From Schmidtea polychroa (taxonomy: Eukaryota), in assembly GCA_044892525.1 (NCBI GenBank), contig CM097885.1:10418001-10482000 (forward strand): a DNA stretch of 64,000 nucleotides, written 5' to 3'. The translations under genes were made by a program, and so were the position numbers. Shown here one piece after another: positions 12,909 through 26,629 of this stretch; the stretch's first letter is position 1, and every line of letters starts with the position of its first letter. Below the pieces are notes generated by a model. It was not told the DNA's origin, searched no databases, and worked only from the letters and a program-made list of their open reading frames with translations.

Positions 12909-13607
12909 CAGTGGTACGCAAACTTTTTACCTCCCGGCACAAAATAGAAAAAAAAGTCAAGGCACAAATAGAAAGAATGTATCTTTTATATAGAATTTTT
13001 TTAATAAAATGAAATTACATTTATATATTTTATTTAATGGGATGAGTGCGCTTGTCTTTTGTCGCAAATAAATTTTATACGTGGTTCGATTTTTGTTAAA
13101 CAAACTCGCAGCTCATCATCCAACATTAGCAATCGCTCTCTCTTTTTAGATTTAATCTCTGTGAGTGCAGAGAATCCGAATTCGCACAGATATGAGGATC
13201 CAAATGGCAGCAGAGATTTGATGGCTTTTAAACTTAAATCAGGATATTGACTTTTTACGAAAATCCAAAATTCTGCCAAGTCCTTCTCCCCACTATAAAT
13301 TTTGAAATTTTTTACGAATGGCTTTATTCCAATCATAGTATTAAAAATTTCAAAGAAAATTAGCAAGCCTACTATGGAAAATTTAAAACAAATTTGAATT
13401 TTCCATAAAAAATTCAATTAAATAACGGTCACTTTTATCAATTATTGTTACTTCTTGACAGTGTTTTGTTTTTATTAAATAACTACAAAAAAATATTTTA
13501 ACTTCTTTTTTTTATTATATAACTAAAAAAAATATTTTCGTACTAAATATTTTCGCATCAGCGGCACATTTTAAATTCTTTTACGGCACATAGTTTGCGT
13601 ACCACTG
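12909..13607 (-). mobile_element. Non-autonomous hAT (Buster/Charlie) element retaining the hATC dimerisation domain
   Basis: Perfect 16-bp TIR CAGTGGTACGCAAACT and perfect 8-bp TSD GAATAAGG. ORF 13034-13417 has EFW...YPDLS.KA...LLPFGSSYLCEFGFS...K.K.R.RL...QAHSSH. Confidence 0.95.
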
Positions 13608-14069
13608 GAATAAGGAATCTACCCTTAAACATACTCTTTAAATTTTAACTTTTAATATCAAAATCGAATAGATTGTTTGACTTACAAAGATGTGTCTTAT
13701 GTATAGATATTAAAATTAAAAGCTTTCTGATGGTGACTGAAAAATACCTTTGGAAGTTAAATGTCTGAAGATTGCGAATTTGAATAAATTGGATAGTATA
13801 AATCAAAATAATTTAACAAATCGTTTATATACATTTTTGTATTTTGGTCGCTGAAACCTATCGTTGAATAGTTCTAACGGGACCTGCAATAATCTGCACT
13901 CGAAAAGAACAAACTATTTCAATTGAAACTTCAAGTCATTTCGGGGAAATTGAAGTCACGGGGTTCTCACTCTCAAAATTGAATATAGAACAAAATTTAT
14001 TTTGCACTTATTAAAGGAAATGTTAAATTTAAATTGTTGTTTTGATTTTTTGAATTTATTAGGTTTGGT

Positions 14070-14814
14070 AAGAAAACCAAAAAAAATGTATATATAAAAG
14101 AAAGGCATAACAAATATTGGTTAAATCAATAAAAGTGTAAAATTTATTAAAACTTGCTAAAAATCAAAAATCAATATTGAACGGGTATGGTTGAACCCCA
14201 AATTGATAGTCGAGGTCAGAAACTATAATTAAAATTTATTATTGGGTTCTCATAGAAAGTTTGTTTGAAAAACAAATTAATTAAAATTAATTAATCTGTA
14301 ATGGAAAGCCCAAGCCCATGGGAAACCTGAGCGCTGAAGGAAACTCGATTCGCATCGAGACCCGGTCGATCAGATAAGAAAGAGAATATTCCGTGCGCAA
14401 ATCTAGAACAAATAAATTAAAATAATTTGGAAACCCTCAAATTTTTAGCCATGATTCCCTTGAGATAATGTCTTGCAATTCTGTAGATAATTGCTCTCTT
14501 ATAAACAGTATAAAAAGAGAGCTCAGAAACCGGCAGGCCACCGGTTGGTCGAAGAAACAAATAAAGGCTCGGAGAATCATGCGATCAGTGATCAGAAAAC
14601 GAAATGTAGTAATTGGAAAAAGTTCCAGAATAGGTGATTGCCCAACCCCAGGTTATCTACCTTAACGAATTATATTTATATTGAGCGAAAGTTGCAAATT
14701 AATTGACACGTAGTAATTTGATAAAAATTGAATAAAGTTATTCTGTGTTGAATTTCGACTTATTTGTTTGAATTTGGAGTCAGAGATAACTGACTTGAAA
14801 AATAAAACCCAACA
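14070..14814 (+). mobile_element. Probable solo LTR
   Basis: About 500 bp is homologous to 18990-19510. It contains AACAGTATAAAAAGAGAG (TATA) and AATAAA, and ends ...AAAACCCAACA, complementary to the TGTTGG start of the 18973 copy. The 5' boundary is unclear. Confidence 0.6.
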
Positions 14815-16090
14815 GACTTTCAATTTCAAAAAAGATCAAACGTAAAATATTTAACAGATTTTTGATTGCGATGTGTACTTAAGTGATGAAGAGGATAAAG
14901 TCTTTGATAAAAATGTGTTATGGGATTCAAATTCTGTCCCACTCTAGAGTAATGATAACTTTGCAGAAAATAACATTGATACAATTTTTACATTGGTTTG
15001 CAGCATATGTTACCTCAATATCATTCCTGTTTTAAATGTCAAGGTCTATGCTTCTATGTCAAGTGATGTGTGATTAGGATCAAATATGACCAATTTCTAT
15101 AGAAATAGTAACAACAAATAATAAAAATAACAACAAAAATGATAACGAAGAACTATTTTATATTGATCAATGAACAGCAATTTGTATAGAAATAGTAGAA
15201 ATCAATGACGTAATAGTTTTGAACGTTTGCTATTTCATAATAATTTCAAAGATGAATGTTATGGTTTATTATTCAATGGATTTATAGACAAGACCCCTTG
15301 TAAATTTGACAAAGAAGATATGGCAATCGAATTGCTGTATTTAAAGTTCAAAATCAAAGAAAGAGACGTAGTCACAATAAGCTCATTTTTGATGCACTCT
15401 CGTTTTCTATGCTATTTAATATTAATCTAGTGCATTTTTTTCAATTTATTCTGAGGTTGATTAGTTTACCGAAGTATAGATCAAATTTTATCTAAAAATG
15501 ACATACTTCTAACGGTAGCCTTTAAAACGAGTACTGGTCTTTTCTTACCATACGTCAATTGATACAGTACCAAAGTTATATACTGATGGGTGCATATTGG
15601 GAAATCAATGTCATGTGGTTCTGGAGGATCATTATGGAATCCAATTGTAGTCCAATGTAGAGCCATATATACACTTACATGAAGTAAGCGTCATTTAGGT
15701 GGTAGATGTTTAATAATTTGTGTGAAACTTGGGATTCGCTGGTAACAAATTGAAGAAGAAAGCGTTAATGTTTATTAAATAGAGTTTTCAATAAGTTAAA
15801 ATAACGTGAGGAAATAACATTTGAAGAAATGTTATTTAGTAGCGATTATTGGAATAGAAATTTATAATATTAAAAAATCAAGGATTCTAAAATTAGTTAT
15901 TTCCAAATTAAACTTTCTAAAATTTTGTTTATTATATAAATTAATTTTATTTAATTAAAATTTAATATTTAATATTTATTGTATTTTATAATTTGTAAAT
16001 ATTGAAATTTGTTTGTTTTTAATAAAATAAAAGACTCGTTTTAATTTTGTACTTTATTTAATTTTTTTAAAATTAGGTAGAAAAAATTTG

Positions 16091-17667
16091 ATGGATATTA
16101 ATGGTATGTTTCTAAAGAATATTTTTAAAATATCATTATTATCATTAATTTAATAGGAGTTAATAGAATGCCATCATGGTATTTTTCTCAAATGAAAGGC
16201 TCAATCGATGATGATTGCAATGAAGGTATTTTAGGTGAGGTATATGGATAATTTATTCAAATATTTTTAGTTGATCAGATATCTTCTATGTCTTTCGATC
16301 CAACTGGAAATTTTTTAGCTACAGGTGATCGCGGAGGTAGAGTTGTCATATTCAGACGTAATGAAACAGTAAAACACAATGTTGTTTACGATGTATATGG
16401 AACCTTTACAAGCCACGAAGCTGGATTTGATTACTTGAAATCTGTAGAAATTGAAGAAAAAATTAATAAAATCGAGTGGTTACCGAAAATAAATTCTTCT
16501 AGATGTTTATTGACAACAAATGATAAAGTTATCAAATTATGGCGGGTAAAGGAACGTCCTGCAAATTGTCAGACGTCAAATAACAGTTCCAAATCCTTAA
16601 AACACGCCGATACACCATTTGTTTTGGGAACAAGAGTCGAAAGTAGTTGCCGTAAAACATTTGCCAATGCTCATACATTTAACATAAATTCACTTTCAAT
16701 AAATAGCGATCAGGAAACTTTTCTTTCATCCGATGAATTGAGAATCAATATATGGAATTTACAATACACAGATCAATCTTTTAATATTGTGGATTTAAAA
16801 CCCCCAAATATGGAGAATCTCACGGAAGTTATTACAGCGGCTAAATTTCACCCGACAAATTGTTCGATGTTCGTTTATAGTCTTAGTAGAGGCGTTGTTC
16901 GTCTGTGTGACATGCGACAACGAGCTCTATGTGATCAGTATTCATTTCAGTTTGTCGATAATGATGAGTCAGTAAATAAGAGCTTTTTCTCAGAAATTAT
17001 CAGCAGTATATCGGATATCAGTTTCAGTCATTCCGGCCAGATGCTAATGGCCCGGGACTACCTCAATTTAAAAATCTGGGATTTACGACAAAATTCCCAA
17101 CCGTTGGAAACTTTTCCCGTTCATGATCATTTCCGAGCGAAATTATGTGGATTATATGAAAACGATTGCATATTCGATAAATTCGAGTGTTCTTGGTCAT
17201 CCGACGATCGATATATTCTAACTGGATCTTATAATAACTTCTTCAGGGTTTTCGATGTCTCCCAGAGAACAAGTGTAACTCTCCAAGTATCTAGAGATAT
17301 GATTGATGGAAGTGTTGCTCTGGCGAATAAATTCGTTTCTACTCGATCTTTGTCGTCGAATTCTCGCGGTCGTGAAAATGAAGTCGGTTTGGAAAGTTTA
17401 GATTTAAGCAAAAAACTTCTCCATTTAAATTGGCATCCAACGGAAAATGTTCTCGCAATTGCCGCTACTAATAATTTGTATATTCTACAAAATCACAATT
17501 ACGTCATCGATTCTGGTTCCGATGTCGCGATGAATCCGTTGGAATCAGATCCACCCGATTTGCATCTGAATAATGGATATTCGCACAATGATCAACAACA
17601 ACAACAGTTCAATGACAACAATAACAGCAACAACAGTCCGATTAGGATGGAAATCGATGATGTTTAA
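16091..17667 (+). CDS. PPP2R2: Protein phosphatase 2A 55-kDa regulatory subunit B (B55/twins), ~492 aa
   Basis: Exons 16091-16103, 16157-16225 and 16271-17667 join in frame (1479 nt). Motifs: WYFSQMKG, LATGDRGGRVVIF, FDYLKSVEIEEKINKI, NIVDLKP.NME.LTEVIT, SFFSEIISSISD, LYENDCIFDKF, WHPTEN. Confidence 0.96.
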
Positions 17668-18972
17668 AATGAGATTTTTTTTCTGTGTTCCGTGAGAATA
17701 AACTGCTAATTTTTTTTTCTATCGGAAATTTACTGAATAAATTTCTGGATTTATATATTCTGTTGAGATAATAATAATAATAATAATAATTAATGATTTG
17801 TTTGTTAGTTGATTGGGCAACAAAGAAAATTAGCGGATATTATGTGTAAATTTCCATTTTGATTGTGTTCTGAAATCTGTGTCAGATTACTGAGCAGCGA
17901 AGATGTATATTTTTATAATCATTTTTCAAATAAATTTTACTTAGAAAATGTTTAATTTTTTGTTGTAAATTCATTCTAATATTACATTTAATTTAATCGA
18001 TAAATTTTTGATAATTGACCAATCAAATTGCAGCTGGAGTATTCAAGGAGATATATGCCAAAATAAATGCCATGGTAATGAATTGAATAGATTTACGCAT
18101 CATTCGATTTGTTGCTATAATTATAAAGGTGTAAATGACATTTTGATATTTATTGATTAAAATTTTGCAGAATTTCTTTTTTATGAAACTGCTAAGATAA
18201 TCGGAAAAATTAATTCAGTATCAAGTTGGGATGGGAGAGGGAGGTAACGAAATAAATATGAAAGGGAAGTAATTATTGATTAATACAAAAGAAGATAAGA
18301 GTGGTGAAGAAATAAAATAAAATTAGGACAGGAATTAAAAGATCGTTTAGTCATGTAATTCTGTTAAAATGTAGAATAATATATTTAATGCAAATGAAAA
18401 ATTTTTCGACTATAAGATAGCCCTTTTCAATTTCTATTTTCTAAAATCCTCTTTTATTTCCTTTTTTCTTACTTCCCATTGGTAAAAAGATTTTCAATTT
18501 TTTTTAATTAAATATCCTTTAAAATTAAAAACAACTCATTAAGAAAAAATTTTTAAATTTTTAAAAAATCTATAATTAGCTCATAGAAACGTACTTTAAT
18601 AAATAATGTCGTAAATAACAATTCTCAAACAGTATAAACCTTTGTTGATTATGACGATTGATTACACGAATTTTAACAACAAGATCGATTCAATACTCGA
18701 ATAGGAAATTACACAGAGCTTATTACGACACTATGTGAGGAGGAATAGCTCTACTGATATAATTTCAAATTACTGAGCAATCAAATTGAATTGAATTTCC
18801 TTTGCTTTGACTTGAATTTATTCGGTATACTTTAAACCTTTCTTGTTTATCGTAACATTTAGTTCCAATATTTTATCTTTCCAATTTCTAATTTCTCACT
18901 TTTAATTTCTCTAATTCTGAATTATTTCTCGACTATCTTTTTAATTTTTCCCTCGACTACTAATCTTTCTTC

Positions 18973-19970
18973 TGTTGGAGTTAGGGCAAAAACCAAAAAA
19001 TTCATATATAAAAGGAAACCATAACAAATAATGGTAAAATCAATAAAAGTGCAAAATTAATTAAAACTTGCTAAAAATCAAAAATCAATATTGAACGGCG
19101 GTATCGGGTATGGTTGAACGCCAAATTGATAGATGAGTTCAGAAATTATAATGAAAATTAATAAGGAGTTCACAGGGAAAGTTAATGCGAAAAGACAAAT
19201 TAATTAAAATTAATTAATCGGTAATGGAAAACCCGAGCGCTGTAGGAAACCCAATGTGGAGTGAGACCAGAGCAGTGAGATAAATTGAGGAATATTTTGA
19301 GCACTAATGAAGGGTAAACAAATTAGAATAAATAAAAAACCGCAAAATATTGATTTAGGATTCCCGGGGAAATAATTAAGCGCAATTTTCTAGATAATTG
19401 GCCTTTCATAAACAGTATAAAAAGAGAGGTCAGAAGTGAACAAGTCGTCATTTGGTCGAAGAAAAAAAGAAAGAAGAGAAGCAGAAATCCGGCGATCAGT
19501 GATCGAGTGGAAAATTATCTGGAGATAAAGGAGGCGAATAGTTACAAATTGTAATCCTGTTGGGTTTTATTAATTCAAGTTGGTAACCTCTAACTCCACG
19601 TGTCCTTTTAATCGTAAATAACAAAACAATAAACTACCCAACGTATATTTGAATCACAAATCTCTCAAAATGCAAAAATACAATCAACGGCAGAGTCTAC
19701 CAATTTAATCGGTTCTCCACTCGGTGCTAATGCTTTGTTAAAATCTTTATCAATATTCACTTTCTTTTTGATCTGGTCCGCTTCCAATTCAATTTTCTTC
19801 TCACGTCTGAAATATTCCTTAACTCTATCCGTTCGTTTCCCTACTTCTTGATTACCCTTAGCTCGGTTTATTCGTGTCCCTAGGTGAGGCAGAATGCCGG
19901 GTTGTTCTGATTTTCCCATTCCTTATAGACTCTTCCAAATCGGGACAAAAACACAATTGAACAATTAGTA
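18973..19970. mobile_element. Two related LTR-like pieces joined tail-to-tail (+ copy 18973-~19555; - copy ~19970-19558)
   Basis: Starts TGTTGG and matches the 14070 copy. From 19558 the sequence is the reverse complement of the 14776-14814 LTR end (GGAGT.AGAG.TA.C..ACTTGAA..AATAAAACCCAACA). Confidence 0.55.
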
Positions 19971-20879
19971 AATTAAGATCCATAAGGATCATAATAGAAA
20001 ATTAATCAATACCAAGTGATTTATCCCTTTTAGTAACAGAAAGAAATGAGGATAAAAATGAATAATACAGATCTCACTGTTAAAAATATTTCGTTATTAG
20101 TATTATTAGAAGCTGCTAACACATCTTCTAAATTATTTTTTATATCCGGTGCAAAAGTTAACGTCATAATTCTAAGTATTTATTTAATGAAATATTGTAT
20201 AATTTTCAAACAAATTTTCAGCGTTGAATAAAATATTTTCAAAACCATTTATTGAAATGTCGATATTTAAAATATATTTATTTAGAAATTATTCACTAAT
20301 AAAACTTCTTTCAAAAAGCTATTTTAATTTTTCAATTTTTCATTTCAAAAATTTCAACTTCAAAAATCCAATTTAAAAATTATTTTAAAAGTTATATTAA
20401 TAGTCAATTATATACAATTTAAAATTATCTTAATAAATCATTGAAATATTTAATTCTCAGCTGAAAACACCTCACAAGTATAAAATGTAATATTTTCTTG
20501 GTTTAGTAAATATAAAACAAGTTTTAATTATTATAAAAACATATTATTTGTGTACAATTTGAAAGATAAATCATGAATTGGATCAAACGGATTACCCTGA
20601 ATCGGCCGGTGAGGTATCGAAGATTCTGCATTAAACCTAAAATAATTTAGTTTGGGGCGAGCTGTGTGTGACCAAACCAGTCCAGATTTATAAAGAGAAA
20701 CAATATCAAAAATTGGCTTTTTGACTCAGGTAGGAATAAAGAAACTGAAAATAGGAAAGTGAAAAAGAACATGTCCCCAAATAAACAATCTAATTCTCAA
20801 TGTTTATTTAATTTAAAATAAACTAATTTTAAATTCTTCCCATGCCTTGAATTCCATCGATACAAAGAAAAAAATCTTT

Positions 20880-21190
20880 TTAATAACACATGTCCGGTGA
20901 TGAGCACGATGTATCCTCCGTAGTTGTCTCAGTCAGTCTTCCCCTTACTTACTTGATGTGTCTCAGATCTATATTCAGATTTATCGTTAACGATATCTTC
21001 TCACCTTACTGGTCGGATTTCCGCTATGTGTCATGATGTTTCATCCATCTCTTTATGTTTGTGGTTGAATTAATACCGGTCACAATTCCAATGGATCATC
21101 GAGTAATAAACTATGCTGCTTCTAGCTTTCCAACAATTCTCTAACCATTTTTATATTCACATGTTACTGAGCGTTCATCTTAAAGGAAGA
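20880..21190 (-). mobile_element. Possible decayed non-LTR (RTE-like) 3' fragment
   Basis: Higher-GC patch; the minus strand has remnants such as KLEAA, RW.KH and RGR with many stops. Confidence 0.3.
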
Positions 21191-21589
21191 TTGAAGATAT
21201 TTTGTGGATCATTGTAAAAGAAAGATTATTACCATAAACGAATATTTTGTTTATTATTTGAAATAATAATAATATAAGTTAAGAGTGTTGATTCTTATTT
21301 TTTGAACACAGGGAGTTAGATTATAATTAGCCGATGTTCGATTAACAATTAAAAAACCAACAAATTTAATTATAGAATATCCAGAAAGAATGTATCTGCT
21401 TATGAAAAACCCGATTTACTAAAAACGAAAAATAAAACTAAAAAGGTTAGAATTAATTTTGCCTTTCTAATTTTATCAGAACTCCTGTATTGTGAATAAC
21501 GCTTATCCTTTTGTGTCACTTTGAATATCGTCTGTTTATTTTCGAAATCATTATATTCAGTGACATAGGTAAGGGGGTTAAAAGTTTAT

Positions 21590-21870
21590 GCAATGTCTAA
21601 ACAGCTTGCTAGCTTGCCTAAATCATCATCAGCCATGTATAGCACGAGACATCAACTCGATAAGACGTGGAAGTATTTTCAATATCTCTTTCATAGTGTT
21701 GGCGTTTACACCGAAGAAAAATGACATTTCCAGTCACTAGGATGTGTGTGATGAGTTGTTAAAAGATTTCGTAAAACGCCGCTTGGCTATTTCAATCAGA
21801 CTAGGTACCCATGGTTACGGCCATGTTGGAGATGTACAAAGTCGTCAATATGACTTATACCTATTATTAA
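21590..21870 (+). mobile_element. Possible decayed CRE-like non-LTR retrotransposon 3' end
   Basis: FVKRRLAISIRLGT resembles the C-terminal QRLS.AIQRGN motif of CRE-clade elements; stops lie upstream. Confidence 0.35.
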
Positions 21871-22277
21871 ATGTAAAAAGAAAATTAAAAAAAACAAGAT
21901 TCTTCAAATTGTTGGATCATAGTATCATTCGTTAAATGTTTCCCTTCTGCGTCGGCCAACAACTGATCTAGGTTGAACAAGTTATGCGAGCCTAGTTTAC
22001 AAGAGAAATCCATACCGGGGCCTGCAAATCTAATTTGGGCGGATTAATGTAATTGCAAAGAAGGCTGAGAGCAATCGCCTTCTTTGGTTTCTTTCTGGCT
22101 TTCCTCTTTGAACGCGAGATCTGTTTCTTCTTTGGCCTCAGCGAAACTATTTTGGCCGGAGAACTGGTGGCAAAGAAATCCACCACGATCGATTTGGCGA
22201 GATAGAAGCCAATAAGGAACAACTTGCACAGGCTGAAGAACGAAGTGCCCTCAACAGTCAAACAACAACTATTACTG

Positions 22278-22328
<51 letters not shown>

Positions 22329-22559
22329 GTAATTATAATAATAATCATAATTATATTATTAACCATTCTAATACTACACAGAGTAACATTCTACCTATAG
22401 CCATAACGAATATAATTATAATGATTCCAGTATTAAAAATCCTAAAAAGGCAAGCCATAATTATTGATAATAATCATAATAGTAATAATGATAACTAAAA
22501 CGTTGATTATCCTGAATTTCCACATAATAATTATGGATAATAGTAATAATAAGAATCAT

Positions 22560-22700
<141 letters not shown>

Positions 22701-22821
22701 GATAATAGTAATAATAATACACCTAATTTCAAAATCTAATAACCTCTATAATACACGTTGGTATGCACGCCGGCTGCGATCCCCACCCGGAATAATACGG
22801 TATGTCCATCTGCTGGTGGTT

Positions 22822-23032
22822 CGAAACCATATCATGCCAGCAAGGTAGGAATACACGAATATTCCCTGACTTGATGACAGGAAAGGATTCCTGATTCACT
22901 GAATATATAACAACCACAAATAACAATCACTTAAACATAAATAAAAATAAAAACAAAATCCTGAAATAAAATTAGACATATTTAAAGAAGAACGAAAATG
23001 TTTAGTTATAAAATTTTTAATGCATCCAAATT
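22822..23032. repeat. Dispersed ~210-bp repeat, second copy at ~27935-28156
   Basis: Near-identical CGAAACCATATCATGCCAGCAAGGTAGG...AATGCATCCAAATTA in both places; the ORF track shows the same peptide twice. Confidence 0.92.
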
Positions 23033-23760
23033 ACATATTATATAAAATAGGTAATCTAATATATACAAGTTATATAATGTATACAATGTATAACAAATAA
23101 AATTACCGAAATCCTAATAGATCGAAGATTTCTGAAATCGTAAATACAAGAATTCCTTGAAAAAGTGGTTGAAATTCAAATTCGAAATTTTAGTTAAAGA
23201 TAATTAGAAGTAGTTGTGAAATTCAAAAATAGATTGAAAAATGTGGTAAATTGTGAACTGAAACTCTCCTTTATATAGTATTTTTTGAATGTGTTCGACC
23301 AATCAGAATCGGTCATGTATGTTTTTGATCGGTTTTATTGTTGTTATTTTTATTTTGAATTTCAATTCATCTGATTGGTTAATTTTATATTTTGTTTTAA
23401 TTCTATGTTGTTTTGTTTAATTTATCTTTTCTTTTCTCTCTGGCTGATCAAATGATCTCGATCTCATATGATTCTTATCCCATGTATATTTTTGTGTCTT
23501 TTTCGGCCATTTGTGTTATTTTCGTGAGTTTTAAAATGTGACTCTTGTGGAACTTCTTGCTATCCTTGATTTTATTAATTTTGATTTACTTGTTATTATC
23601 ATTAATTTTTAATATTCTTGATGCTGTTTAATTGTTGTGTAGGGGCATCTCAATTGACCATTTAACTTTAATTACTTATTTAAGGATAATTTAAGAAATA
23701 TTGAAAAAGGATTTGTAATTTTTCTGAGCTTAGCATATCAATAGCATCCAAAGTGTTATA

Positions 23761-24712
23761 CCACACTATTCCGTATAATGTAACATGGTATACTATCCGG
23801 ATTTTACACTATTAAGGCCTGAAAATAGAGAACTTAATTTACACAATGGTACGCTAACCGGACCGTTTATTGCTTATCGTTTACCAATGGCTTACATGTG
23901 TCATTTTTCTTAAAATATATTGTGACGCCGGAAAACATTTCGGATCAAATGATCTGAACACTCAAAATTCGTATAATCTTCAGGAAACATTTCTACAAAC
24001 CGTTTTGCTTTTTCCCTAATAGTCCTATAAGTAACAAGCTTTTTTGCTCATTGTTCACGAAACCACTTCACTATCGCAGCTTCGAACCCACTAAATGGGG
24101 GTTTTCGACCCCGGCCCTTAATACATTTTGCATTTTCTTTTACAGCCAATAATTTATTTTCCTGTTTAGCCCAGTGCTTTATTTATGACCTTTGATATCC
24201 CATACGGCTTTGCAATTTATTCAAAGATACACCTGCCAATGATTTTTAATTTTTCTTCTATAGAGATTTGACATTTTCTTGGCATCGTGGTTTAGGGTTT
24301 ATACTATTTTATAAAATAAAATTAATTATGATTTTAATAAATCAAAATAAAATAAGACAATCAATTGTTATGAATAGCTAGTCTAAATAAAAATATATTT
24401 AACTTATTGAATATAAAATATAATAAAAAACACTTGATGTTCATGTGCCTAACTGTAACAAAAAACTAGACTAAAACTTCTTTCGAAGAACTTTGAAAAC
24501 CAATGCGTATTTAATTTAATGTTACCAAATTTATTTCGTGCCCGAACACGAAGGAATTCGTAAACTTCGTTTTAAAAATTCCGTTGCAATTGCATAAAAA
24601 ACGGAAATAAAAGTATAAATGAAGAATTAATAGTATACCATGATACACTATTTGGGCAATTTTTTTCCTAGTAATGTACCAGTCGTATACTATTATGACT
24701 GAAATAGTACGG
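23761..24712 (-). mobile_element. Decayed pogo-family (Tc1/mariner superfamily) element
   Basis: TA-flanked imperfect TIRs CCACACTATTCC / GAAATAGTACGG. The minus strand reads MPRKCQISIEEKLKII...GRGRKPPF..FEAAIVKWFREQ (pipsqueak and CENP-B HTH remnants). Confidence 0.72.
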
Positions 24713-24845
24713 TACTAATTATAATATTCGTTCAATTGATACTTAATTCTCATTTCTCCGCTGGTTATTTAACGGACTGAGGATGTGGCATACAGGAAGT
24801 ATTTATGATCTAATTGCATACTCGAAATAAGTAACTACTGTAATT

Positions 24846-25215
24846 CAGTCTTTCTCAATTAATATAACAACGTGAAATACCATTCACATGATTTATTTTA
24901 CGCGGAACACTGACAAAAAAATACTTGCCCACAATGAGTGACTAATCACAAATTACTATAAATCTGTCGTAAACGTAAACAATGCCTTCTTATAAGCAAA
25001 GAAAATACCACGCGCAACAATAACAAGCAATAAAAACACTTTTATATTTGTATGTTTATATATCTGTGTAACTGCTTTCTTATTGAATCATCTTATAAAA
25101 AAATTAATTGAGGTTTTTGATGATATGCATCTTAAATGCAAATTTAAAGGTAAAATGTCATTTTTTTCGCGTGACACTGGAAGCGTAATCGCGGAACACG
25201 GGTTGAGAACTACTG
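24846..25215. mobile_element. hAT Charlie-type MITE
   Basis: Ends are CAGTCTTTCTCAA / TTGAGAACTACTG. The 8-bp flanks are CTGTAATT / ATGTAAAT (6/8 match). Confidence 0.65.
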
Positions 25216-25957
25216 ATGTAAATATTATTTACATAATGTAAGATATTGAATATCAGTAAATTTAAGTCAAATAATAAATTAATTTTGAATTATCGAGCTT
25301 TCTTTATCAATAATAAAATTAAGCCTTTTAAAAGATTCTGCTAAAATTATTGCTTCATTATTTCAACTTTTCTGAGTTCAAATGTAAATTATACTTCACA
25401 ATTAATTTTCTCGTCTTTACTTTAACAGTCTAATTTGTCTCCGATAATGTTATTTTCTTGTTTAAATTTTTGGGGTTTTTCATTTCATATTTAAAATTTT
25501 TCTAATTTTTTTACTTTCTTCAGTGACCAATAATAGTTTTCATACTTGTTTCTTATTCTCCAATTGTTTTTTTTTGAAATTATATTTTATTATTTTAGCA
25601 AACTTCATCAGAAATAACATGCCAATTTTAATTTATTTAAAAATCTATTGAAATAGATTTCGACCAATCAAGAAACCGGAAACATCATAATTGTCCAATC
25701 CAAACGCATTTCACCATAAAAATCGTTTATAAAAATGAATCATCGGCATTCATGTCAAATAGGAAAACGAAAAAAGATGAAAAAGACTAAATTAAAAAAG
25801 TTCTACTACAAAATTTCAATAGTAAACACAAAATATTAGAAATTGTAAAAATAAAAATAATAATTTGAGAGTAACCGACAAATACATATATTGAAAAACG
25901 TGAAAAAACCTCAAAATGGATTCATCAATACACATGAAAATATCAAGCAACACTGAA

Positions 25958-26578
25958 TTAAACCCGCAATATTTCTAAAGCACTCGTGTAACAAATTGAA
26001 ATCCAATCCGGCTGCAAGGAGCTCCACTGGATTTGATTAATTTCCCCAGCAGCAGTGTATGCTAATATTGGGTCCTCAATAGCTCGGGGCATGTTCGTTA
26101 TGTCCCATATAAGAGCTTGACAGTCCTCTGCCCCACTACACAAATGACAACTGGAATGAGGGGCCCAAGCAACTCCGTTCACACAACCTCGGTGATTGTT
26201 TAAGCGAGCAACGGGAGTGCATGGAACTCGCATATCTAGCACGATTATCTGAAAGAGTTTACCAGTTTTCAAACAACCGCCATATGTATGTAATAGATTA
26301 TTCATTTTAACATTGTAAAATTGTTTTCATTACCTTGATGAAGGTCAAATTGAAAGTCAGTATAGTTGTAAAAAGTTCAAAATTTTTTTAGGCAACAGTT
26401 TGTAATTTTTTGACTGTTATCGGAAATAAATAATCAATAAAATAATTGGACACATTTATTAACACGTTGAAGACCGCATTGCAAAATCGTATTTCTCACA
26501 TATGGACCGGTATTTTTTATTGTTAATTACGTATATTATATATTGAATATTTTTTTAGTGTACAATAATTTGAGTTAG

Positions 26579-26629
<51 letters not shown>

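Noticed and set aside
18976..19598. Single solo LTR bounded by TGGAGTTAG...CTAACTCCA
   Set aside because: There is no TSD, and the right part is better explained as an inverted second LTR.
24776..24840. CTGAGGA...GAAA hammerhead-like core (similar CTGAAGA...GAAAC at 13764-13858)
   Set aside because: Stems I-III cannot be paired convincingly.
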